A DNA stretch of 64,000 nt from Candidatus Thorarchaeota archaeon (GTDB lineage: Archaea > Asgardarchaeota > Thorarchaeia > Thorarchaeales > Thorarchaeaceae): positions 17,825-81,824 of the forward strand of contig JAEORO010000069.1 in NCBI GenBank assembly GCA_016840855.1, given 5' to 3'. Positions 29,186 through 36,870 of this stretch are shown here, one piece after another; within the stretch, counting starts at the first letter, position 1; each line of letters begins with the position of its first letter. The position numbers were made by a program, and so were the translations under genes. Under the pieces are notes generated by a model, which saw nothing but the letters and a program-made list of their open reading frames with translations, had not been told where the DNA came from and ran no database searches.

Positions 29186-29343
29186 GGTCTATCACCTTGG
29201 ATTTGCAGGCTTTCAAAAGTAGAATCTTCCTCAGGGATCGCAAAGCTGTGCCTGGAACTCTGGAGCATGTGATTCAATAATTTGAGGGCACTGCTGAGTT
29301 ATGAAATAAATGAATCCCCTATAAGAATTCCCCATATAACATA

Positions 29344-29590
29344 AAAAGAGGTGGACGAAGGCGACACCGATGTGCCCGATTTTTTTGGGCTCGAGGTCCA
29401 CCCTCTTTTAGTTATTTTGAACATGAGTGGCGCTCCAGTACACACATTGCCAAGACACTTCTCTGAACCCTCGGGGGTGAGAGCACGAATTTCCCTGCAG
29501 ATGGACATTCGTATACGCCAGTGCAATGCGGTCGCATCGTTCCCACGACTCTTCGACGATGCGTGGAGCAATGGGGCGTCTGCCATTCGT
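29344..29590. ncRNA. Candidate structured non-coding RNA(s), family unassigned
   Basis: GC-enriched intergenic block with nested stems: 29344-56/29396-409; 29423-31/29582-90; 29432-37/29564-69; 29445-50/29523-28; 29485-90/29507-12; 29533-40/29556-63. Confidence 0.45.
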
Positions 29591-29712
29591 CCGAAATAAT
29601 GTATGCAACATACCAACATAAGTCCTTCCCCAACAGATAAAATGCGAAAACTATTCTATATCCATAGAATAACTTATAAGAAATCCAGAGGTTTTGACGA
29701 TTAGAGCCAGAG

Positions 29713-30789
29713 GTGGCATATTTGAACGGAATAAAGGTCGCAATTGTTGGAGTTGGCAACTGCGCAAGTGCACTTGTGCAAGGTGTTGAATTCTACAAGG
29801 ATGCAAAAGCAGATGGTGATGTCATAGGCTTAACACATCCAGACTTTGCTGGTTATCATGTAAAGGACATTCGTTTTGTAGCAGCATTTGATGTAGCAGA
29901 CACAAAAGTAGGCTTTGACCTAGCAGAAGCTATTTTCGCCAAACCAAACAATGTGATGCGTTTTGCAGAAGTGCCAACAACCGGAGTCAAGGTCAGGAAA
30001 GGACAAGCGCTTGATGGAGTAGACGATATGCTCAAAGCATTAGTGAAAATCTCATCAGAAAAGGATACAGATGTTGTGAAAGTCCTCAAAGACTCTGGTG
30101 CAGAGATACTCATCAATCTAATTCCAGGTTCAGCTGAAGAAGCAACTAAGTTCTATGCGAAAGCAGCTCTTGATGCAGGATGTGCATACATAAATGGCAC
30201 ACCAATACCGATTGCTTCTGATTTGGAATGGAGTAAGAAATTCGAAGAGAAAGGACTTCCTCTTGTGGGAGATGATATTCAGGATCAATTGGGTTCAACA
30301 GTCTTTCATCGTAACATTTTACAGCTTCTTGTATCAAGAGGTGTCAGGGTGGATAAAAGCTATCAATTGGATGTAGGCGGTGGTGCAGAGTCACTCGATT
30401 CGCATTATAGGGGTCGAATGAGAAAACGAGGAGTGAAGAGTGAAGCCATCAGTCAGGATTTACCATATGATGCACCTCTAGTTGCTGGCTCAAGCGATTA
30501 CGTTGATTTCATGGCTAACGCTAGAGACTCCTACTTTTACATCAATGGCCGACAATTTGGTGGAGCACCTATCAAAATAGACATCCGAATGGAAGTTACT
30601 GATGGGCCAAATGCAGGTCCTATTTTAATGGATGCAATAAGAGGAACTAAGCTTGCTTTAAAGAGAGGTCTTGGCGGGTCTCTAGAATCAATCTCAGCTT
30701 ATGGGTTTAAGATGCCTCCTGCTCCTACAACAATGTATCGAGCTGAAAGATGGGTTGAGGAGTTTCTATTAGGAAAAAGAAAGCTCTAG
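29713..30789 (+). CDS. myo-inositol-1-phosphate synthase family protein (divergent)
   Basis: IKVAIVGVGNCASALVQG, FVAAFDV...KVG.DL.EAIF.KPN, GDD, YQL.VGG, D.PN, DAIR..KLA..RG.GG. Confidence 0.85.
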   Translation: MAYLNGIKVAIVGVGNCASALVQGVEFYKDAKADGDVIGLTHPDFAGYHVKDIRFVAAFDVADTKVGFDLAEAIFAKPNNVMRFAEVPTTGVKVRKGQALDGVDDMLKALVKISSEKDTDVVKVLKDSGAEILINLIPGSAEEATKFYAKAALDAGCAYINGTPIPIASDLEWSKKFEEKGLPLVGDDIQDQLGSTVFHRNILQLLVSRGVRVDKSYQLDVGGGAESLDSHYRGRMRKRGVKSEAISQDLPYDAPLVAGSSDYVDFMANARDSYFYINGRQFGGAPIKIDIRMEVTDGPNAGPILMDAIRGTKLALKRGLGGSLESISAYGFKMPPAPTTMYRAERWVEEFLLGKRKL

Positions 30790-30793
30790 GAAA

Positions 30794-31198
30794 TTATCTG
30801 TGTTGCTTAAGATACTCATCAAGCATTGATTTTAATGGATCAAGTTTACTAATGACAAGAAATTCGGTGTCTTCTCCTATCTCACTCAAAGTTTCATTGA
30901 AGGATATTACACTGTGAAAATCTTGGATAAGATTCTCTTTTGCAGCTTTGGTTCGAGCCGATGGGTCATAGACAACAATTTTATTTTCTGGCTCAAAATT
31001 CACAACTACACTCCTACTGAGGTACATGACCTTCTTACACTTCGGGCATTGGACTCGATTTGCTTTGCCAGCTTTTAGGGCTTTGATCATATCGCGGTCT
31101 TCTGAAAGATCAATATGATCTACTACATTTGCTTCATAGACATTCTTGCATTTAGCGCATTTTATTTCTGCTAAACTTGTACTGGCCAAAATTCTCAC
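30794..31198 (-). CDS. CpXC-like zinc-ribbon protein
   Basis: CAKC...V...IDL.....L..G..N.VQCPKC. Confidence 0.7.
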   Translation of the reverse strand: MRILASTSLAEIKCAKCKNVYEANVVDHIDLSEDRDMIKALKAGKANRVQCPKCKKVMYLSRSVVVNFEPENKIVVYDPSARTKAAKENLIQDFHSVISFNETLSEIGEDTEFLVISKLDPLKSMLDEYLKQHR

Positions 31199-31250
31199 CT
31201 AGACTATTTTGAATTCCTTGATAGTACACTTAAGAATTATGCACCGAACA

Positions 31251-31937
31251 TTAACTCTCAGGAGTCTTAGAATTACCATCTTTTTCTTCTTGTATGTAAT
31301 CTTCGTTTCGAGTTAATTCATCTTCAAGAATATCTTGAAGTATATCAGATTCTTGACCTTCGGTTTTCCTCTTAAAAAGAATTCCAGTTATGATTGCAGT
31401 TAATGCAATTGATGCAACAACAATGGGCATGGATTCAAAGAATCCACCACCCAAGGCAAGTCCACTTAAAGCTATTACTGCCCCTGCAATTGTAACAGCA
31501 ACTTTTCCCGTAAAGTAACTGATTATAAATTTGACAGTATTATATTTAGCAAGTCCGACATAAACAATCAATGGATCGTCAGGTACTGGAGAAGCCGCTG
31601 CAATAAAGAGTGCAAGAGCACCCCATTTCTCAACACGCTGTTTCTCTGTGTCAAGAGATGCTAAACGTGCCTCAGATAGAACTGCTCTTGACCCTCTTAC
31701 GACATAAAAATGGATCAGTTTTGCCAGAGTAGCAGTAATAGCTACAATTACGCCTATGAGAATTGCGTCAATTAATCCTACGGGCATTAGAATTGAAAAA
31801 ACGAGGACAGCAGCACCAGCAAGAACCATGTTGCTAGGACTAAGGAAGGGAATCATGTTTATTGCAAAACAAATAATGAAGAGACCTACATATCCCTGAC
31901 TAATCATGTCCAGAATGAATTGAACAATGTTCTGCAT
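31251..31937 (-). CDS. DedA/VTT-family membrane protein
   Basis: N.IPF..P, ALFIAAASPVPDD..IV..GL.KY...KF.....GK. Confidence 0.75.
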   Translation of the reverse strand: MQNIVQFILDMISQGYVGLFIICFAINMIPFLSPSNMVLAGAAVLVFSILMPVGLIDAILIGVIVAITATLAKLIHFYVVRGSRAVLSEARLASLDTEKQRVEKWGALALFIAAASPVPDDPLIVYVGLAKYNTVKFIISYFTGKVAVTIAGAVIALSGLALGGGFFESMPIVVASIALTAIITGILFKRKTEGQESDILQDILEDELTRNEDYIQEEKDGNSKTPES

Positions 31938-31981
31938 GTTTTATGCACCAATGTGGTAGCATGAGGCTAGGAATCATAGAA

Positions 31982-32410
31982 TCAAACTGATACGTGTTCG
32001 ATTACGACTCTTTGAACTCCATCAAGAACCTTGAGAGAACTCTCTAATTCATTTATGTCTGAGCTAAGTTGTCCAGGGTTAAAGTAACACTCGTAGAAAC
32101 ATCTTGTTCCTCGGAGACACACTCCCGTTGAGAATAAGAGATCAACGAGACCTGCTCTTTTGAATATTTGAGAGAGTTTGGTCAAGAAGTCATTTGTGAG
32201 CTTTCCAATCTCAAGACTCAGAAATAATACTTCGTCACTCTCTAAAGGAAATATCTTAATGAGTCGGTCCTTGTGCACTAGCACCATCAGACCTTGACCA
32301 GTTCCCATGGCGTTTTTAAAAGCCTTAGGAAATTTTACGGTTTCACTTTCATCAAAAACTAGTACTTTTCCGGCGGTTGCACCTTCATAGGTTTCGTCTG
32401 ACATCAGCAT
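31982..32410 (-). CDS. Hypothetical protein with possible C-terminal ACT-like domain
   Basis: FL..LSQIF...G.VDLLFSTGVC....C.YE.Y....LE..L..LDGV..V. Start adjusted to the ATG at 32410 or 32404. Confidence 0.65.
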   Translation of the reverse strand: MLMSDETYEGATAGKVLVFDESETVKFPKAFKNAMGTGQGLMVLVHKDRLIKIFPLESDEVLFLSLEIGKLTNDFLTKLSQIFKRAGLVDLLFSTGVCLRGTRCFYECYFNPGQLSSDINELESSLKVLDGVQRVVIEHVSV

Positions 32411-32529
32411 TTGTCTCCGTAGCGAAATCCTGCTGATGTAAGTCCTCAAACTCGTTAATAAGTAAATCTCTACTGTTTGGTCTGATGTGTGGTCCTTTTG
32501 TATTGTAATCAAAAACAATACTTTGACCT

Positions 32530-32802
32530 ATGATGAGGCTGTCAGAAATAGAAAAAGGCCCTTATTATGATATGAGAGAAGTATCAGAATTGAGAATACA
32601 GTATCAATGCGAATATCGCCTGCTTCTGAAACAACAGTTTGGAGAATCTCATTCATCTAAGAGCATTACTGGAACAAAATTACATCAGCGTGTTGCACTT
32701 GTAGATAATAATCAAAATTTCAAAAGAAATGAAATTCAACTTCTGCCTCTATTGGTAATCATACTTACTTTGATTATTGGCATCTTCTGGATCTTCGGGT
32801 GA
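32530..32802 (+). CDS. Small membrane-anchored protein carrying the N-terminal segment of a Cas4-like nuclease
   Basis: VSEL..QYQCEYRL.L.........G.KLH resembles the Cas4 first-Cys and G..hH segment; C-terminal TM LLPLLVIILTLIIGIFWIFG. Confidence 0.65.
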   Translation: MMRLSEIEKGPYYDMREVSELRIQYQCEYRLLLKQQFGESHSSKSITGTKLHQRVALVDNNQNFKRNEIQLLPLLVIILTLIIGIFWIFG

Positions 32803-32806
32803 TTTC

Positions 32807-33463
32807 ATGAGTGATCTGATCAGCCTTCTTATGCTCATGTTATTTCTCTTTGGAATTCTTCTTCTTGTGAGAGATCTAAGAACTGGTTTCATCACAATTG
32901 GAATGAAGATAAAATACGCAAGTCCAGCGCAATTTAGCCTGTCAGAATTTCTCAAAATGGATTCAAGCCAAGAGAGGCTCATTAAGTATTATTACTTCTC
33001 AGAGGAAAATGTGAAGTCATTGGGTCACCGCTATACTGGAAGATTTGATGGAGGAATTCTCCATTGGGAAGAGACTGCAATATTGGATCTTGTAATAGAG
33101 TACAAATTTCCTACATTGTATCTCCCAAAACAGGCAAGGTTAGAGGATGTCTTTCAACTGGAACTCTATGCCCTTGCACTCCATGAATGTGGTATTTCAT
33201 GTTCTTCAACAATTCTTGTAACAATTTACTGTCTTCAAGAGAATGCAGAGAGATGCATGAGTAAGAAATCATTCAGAGACTGCTGGCGATGCAATGCTGG
33301 AAGAAAATTCACAACACGATTCAAGCCTAAGAGAGTGTTGAAAGAACTGAAGAGATTGGATGAAATTTGGTATCATGGGAGAAGACCAAAGCCTACCAAA
33401 GACGCAAATCGCTGTAGGATTTGTCCATATAGCCGCGGTAAGTGCAATTTTTCATCTGTATGA
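32807..33463 (+). CDS. Membrane-anchored Cas4-like PD-(D/E)xK nuclease (catalytic part)
   Basis: N-terminal TM; GRFD, VIEYK, QLELY (QxxxY), C-terminal CRICPYSRGKC; ATG at 32807 after a GGTGA that overlaps the upstream stop. Confidence 0.75.
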   Translation: MSDLISLLMLMLFLFGILLLVRDLRTGFITIGMKIKYASPAQFSLSEFLKMDSSQERLIKYYYFSEENVKSLGHRYTGRFDGGILHWEETAILDLVIEYKFPTLYLPKQARLEDVFQLELYALALHECGISCSSTILVTIYCLQENAERCMSKKSFRDCWRCNAGRKFTTRFKPKRVLKELKRLDEIWYHGRRPKPTKDANRCRICPYSRGKCNFSSV

Positions 33464-33530
33464 ATCTTGATACTAGAGGGATACAGCAACACAGACCTTT
33501 TTTACCTCATAGACTTTACTGAAAATTGCC

Positions 33531-33947
33531 ATGGTTCATTCATTAACAAGACTTCTTACGCATGTGATGACTGCAAAGAGAGACCTCAAACGTGTTTACT
33601 ATACCAGCCGTAACCAAGATGCAAAACTAGATTCAAAGGAACTTGTTGCAGCTACAATTACACTCCAGAAGCTACTTGAAGACCTCATAGCGAAACGTCG
33701 AACAATCAGGGTAGCCAAGAAGATATTGGAGGACAAGAAAGCGGAACTGAATCTTCGTCAGTGGGCAATTGGATTTCCGCGGCGTGTTAGAGATTTCCTC
33801 TCAAAATCAAAGAAGCTAGAACAGCAGCATCTTCGTAAATATCAGCAAGCACTCTTGGAATATATCAATAACATAAGCACAGAACTTACTAAATGGATAG
33901 AGGATATTGAAACTCTAAGAGGAATGCCTCATCCACCAAAGGGATAG
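33531..33947 (+). CDS. Hypothetical basic alpha-helical protein
   Basis: 138-aa ORF with heptad-like L/K/E pattern; no family recognised. Confidence 0.7.
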   Translation: MVHSLTRLLTHVMTAKRDLKRVYYTSRNQDAKLDSKELVAATITLQKLLEDLIAKRRTIRVAKKILEDKKAELNLRQWAIGFPRRVRDFLSKSKKLEQQHLRKYQQALLEYINNISTELTKWIEDIETLRGMPHPPKG

Positions 33948-33948
33948 G

Positions 33949-35028
33949 CTACCAGCGTAATCGTGCAGCCATCCCGCCAAAAGCTTTCAGTTGTGCTCCA
34001 GATTCTGTTTGATTTGAAAAAACAAGAAGCTGAGACCCATAATTAGCTGTTTCTTCATAAAGTTCATCCATCTGATCAGCAAGATCTTCGGAAACCATGA
34101 TTGTATCTACACGGCCTTGACGGAGTGCATCCATGACTTCTTTCTTGCCATAGGTGACAGTATTGAGCCCTTTCAAGAGGTCACCCATAAAACCGTCCCA
34201 GGTCTGCCGCTCAGCATAGATTTCAGTTTCACGGAGCACACGAGATGCCTCTTTCATTGCTTGGAACAAACCAGTTTCATCAATTACACTCACCGGAATG
34301 ATGGTTTCTGCAACCTTCTCTCGCAGACGATAGTCCAGGTCACCCTTTTCTAGGAACTCTTGACAACGGATTGTATTACCACCCAAGACAATTGCATCAA
34401 CGTTATCCAAGTTATCAAGAAGAAGTTCACCTAGCAAACGTCCAACATGCTTGAAGAACTCAAGCATCTTTTCTTCACGAATTCGTAAGTAACGTTTTGC
34501 ACTCTGTCCACCAGCTCTTGTTTTCCCGATGATATAGAAGTCCTCATCACGGACCAGCTCCATATGCTTTCCACGAAGATAACCTATCGTTACCTTTCCG
34601 CCTTCGATTAGTACTATAACAACCAAACTCTTTGGCTGCGTCATTGTCTCGAGTTCTTCAGTAACAAATTCACGGCCACAGAGATATACGAATTGCGAAA
34701 TTGGTGAAGGGGGAACTATGATCTCACGTATCTCTTCGTTTGTTCCTCCTTCTTCCTTAATACCAAAAAAGAAGGCAATACCGTTTTCAGGTAGCTGTGT
34801 AATCTTGGTGAGTTCACTGAGAATAGCTGTAAGATTATCTGAAACGTTCTTTCGATTCGCTTTGCTTTTGATGTTCTCTGCACCTGCAAGTTCAGTTTTT
34901 ACAAAGCTTATGACATCAGTCAGGTTCTTTGAGGGGGGGATGTAGATTGTGGTGAAAGAACTATGGCGTCCTTGGTAAGCTTTTAGCTGCTCTATTTTGC
35001 GCTTTAGCCTATATCGATTCAAGGACAC
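33949..35028 (-). CDS. prf1: Peptide chain release factor aRF1/eRF1 family
   Basis: NIKS, YLCGREF (YxCxxxF), AGGQS.KR, C-terminal FGG.AA.LR. Confidence 0.88.
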   Translation of the reverse strand: MSLNRYRLKRKIEQLKAYQGRHSSFTTIYIPPSKNLTDVISFVKTELAGAENIKSKANRKNVSDNLTAILSELTKITQLPENGIAFFFGIKEEGGTNEEIREIIVPPSPISQFVYLCGREFVTEELETMTQPKSLVVIVLIEGGKVTIGYLRGKHMELVRDEDFYIIGKTRAGGQSAKRYLRIREEKMLEFFKHVGRLLGELLLDNLDNVDAIVLGGNTIRCQEFLEKGDLDYRLREKVAETIIPVSVIDETGLFQAMKEASRVLRETEIYAERQTWDGFMGDLLKGLNTVTYGKKEVMDALRQGRVDTIMVSEDLADQMDELYEETANYGSQLLVFSNQTESGAQLKAFGGMAARLRW

Positions 35029-35352
35029 TTTTTGTCACCTTCACACTGTATATCTTTGCTGATTATTAAAAATCAGAGGCAGGTCAAATCCGCCAACTGA
35101 GAACCTCAATTGAGCATATTTGAACATTACGACATAACGATTATTGTGCAGACGCTTGTGAAGACCATTCATAATTACGGCGACAGATTAAAAAGGTGAG
35201 GGCATCGTTGAAACTTTCAACAGGTGAAGGACGGATGGATAACCGCCAATTTACATCAAGCCCATAAGGGATCATTTGTCATGCCATAATAGTGAAAATC
35301 TGGTGGGTCCATCATGCTTCAATCTGATTGTTTTAGGAGTTTTGATTAACAC

Positions 35353-36861
35353 ATGAGTGAACAGCTGACAGAAGGTGAGAGAATAGTACTAAGAGAACTA
35401 TTGAATCTAGGCCAGCGTGTTTCATCGTCACAACTTGCCAGTAATCTCAAGCAAGGTGATGAGCGAGTAATTTCTATCCTCAACTCATTAGCTAGTCGTA
35501 GTTTTGTGCAAATTCAAACTAGAGAGATTGTGTCATATTCGCTTACAGATGAAGGAATAAGCTATGCAGAGATTGGACTTCCTGAAATCCGTCTTTTTAA
35601 TGGAGTTAAAAAACTAGGAGGGAAGGCTACCTTTGATGAAGCTGTTGCTCAAGCAGAATTAGACTCAGAAACTACAAGAATCGCAATGAACTGGGCTCGG
35701 AAAAATGGATGGCTAGAAATATCGAAAGAGGACGATGTCACTATCCTCCAGTGTTCAGTTGACATTGCAGAATCAGACATATCTGAGGTTCTTGATTTAC
35801 TGTCATCAGGAAGAGAATTACTATCAAAAACACATGCTGAATCTTTGAAGATAGCCTTAGAGAGAAAACTAGTCTATGAGATTATCACCAAGAGATTTGA
35901 AGCTGAGATTGTCCAAGCTAAAATTGGAGAGATTGAGCAATTAGTTGAAGGTGTCGTGAAAGGGATTGGAGATATTACTCCAGAGCTTCTTGCAAGTGAT
36001 GCATGGAAAACTGCAACTTTCAGACCATATAATGTTGACATACAACCAGCTTATCGTAACTACGGCAAAAAGCATCCGTATGCAGAGTTCAACGATTGGT
36101 TAAGAGAAATAATGATCGGATTAGGATTCACTGAATGGTTCGGACCATATGTGGAAACTGAATTCTGGGCTCATGATACACTCTTCGTCCCTCAAGACCA
36201 TGTTGCTAGGGAAGTCCAAGATCAATTCCGTGTTGTAGCCCCATACAGTCATGGGCAAATCAGCGATAAGAAATACTACAATACTGTAAAGGAGGTTCAC
36301 GAGAATGGTGGTCACACAGGATCAAAAGGATGGGATTGGCCATACCATGAAGAAATAGCAACACGCCTATGTCTACGTCCACATACAACTCCTGTTTCTA
36401 TGAGGTTTCTTTATGAACATCGTAAAGGTCCTCAGAAGATGTTCATAATTGATAGGAATTTCAGGTCTGAAACTCTTAGTGCAACACACGCACAGGAGTT
36501 CGATCAGTGTGAAGGAATAATTATGGACAAAGGATTGACATTGCGAGACCTGCTTGGATATCTTACCTCAATATGCAAAGGTGTTGGCATTGAGGAACTT
36601 AAATTCAAACCTGGTCAGTTCCCATTCACAGAGCCTAGTGTTGAAACCTTTGGAAAGCATGAGAAGCTTGGGTGGATTGAACTTGGAGGTTCAGGGATTT
36701 TCAGACCTGAAGTCACTCAGCCTCTTGGAATTAAGGACACAGTTCTTGCGTGGGGAATTGGAAGTGGAAGGCTGTACATGGCTTCAATGGGAATTAATGA
36801 CATAAGGGACCTTTTCTCGCGAGATTTGACCTGGCTTAGGAGGAGCTACTTCATCAGGTAG
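35353..36861 (+). CDS. pheS: Phenylalanyl-tRNA synthetase alpha subunit (archaeal/eukaryotic type)
   Basis: LT.EG..Y...GLPE, G.KHPY, FVPQDH.ARE.QD, LRPHTT, FR.E....TH..EF.Q.EG, FPFTEPS.E, WIELGGSG.FRPE. Confidence 0.96.
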   Translation: MSEQLTEGERIVLRELLNLGQRVSSSQLASNLKQGDERVISILNSLASRSFVQIQTREIVSYSLTDEGISYAEIGLPEIRLFNGVKKLGGKATFDEAVAQAELDSETTRIAMNWARKNGWLEISKEDDVTILQCSVDIAESDISEVLDLLSSGRELLSKTHAESLKIALERKLVYEIITKRFEAEIVQAKIGEIEQLVEGVVKGIGDITPELLASDAWKTATFRPYNVDIQPAYRNYGKKHPYAEFNDWLREIMIGLGFTEWFGPYVETEFWAHDTLFVPQDHVAREVQDQFRVVAPYSHGQISDKKYYNTVKEVHENGGHTGSKGWDWPYHEEIATRLCLRPHTTPVSMRFLYEHRKGPQKMFIIDRNFRSETLSATHAQEFDQCEGIIMDKGLTLRDLLGYLTSICKGVGIEELKFKPGQFPFTEPSVETFGKHEKLGWIELGGSGIFRPEVTQPLGIKDTVLAWGIGSGRLYMASMGINDIRDLFSRDLTWLRRSYFIR

Positions 36862-36870
36862 GTGATAAGA

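Noticed and set aside
29423-29590. tRNA, tRNA-Sec, 5S rRNA, SRP, RNase P or known riboswitch identity for the structured block
   Set aside because: No TTCRA T-loop in position, no SRP GGAA/AGCAG motif, no RNase P GAGGAA..UCC, and no TPP/FMN/lysine/cobalamin core consensus found by eye.
29299-29759. Four overlapping short ORFs (67-115 aa) across the ssb-ino1 gap
   Set aside because: No recognisable motifs and mutually overlapping; better explained by locally high GC from RNA structure reducing stop codons.
32530-33463. CRISPR-Cas locus
   Set aside because: Only a Cas4-like nuclease; no repeat-spacer array, cas1 or cas2 seen in the window.
35029-35352. 324-nt gap between aRF1 and pheS as a possible ncRNA or T-box-like leader
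   Set aside because: No convincing stems or consensus motifs; consistent with a divergent promoter region.
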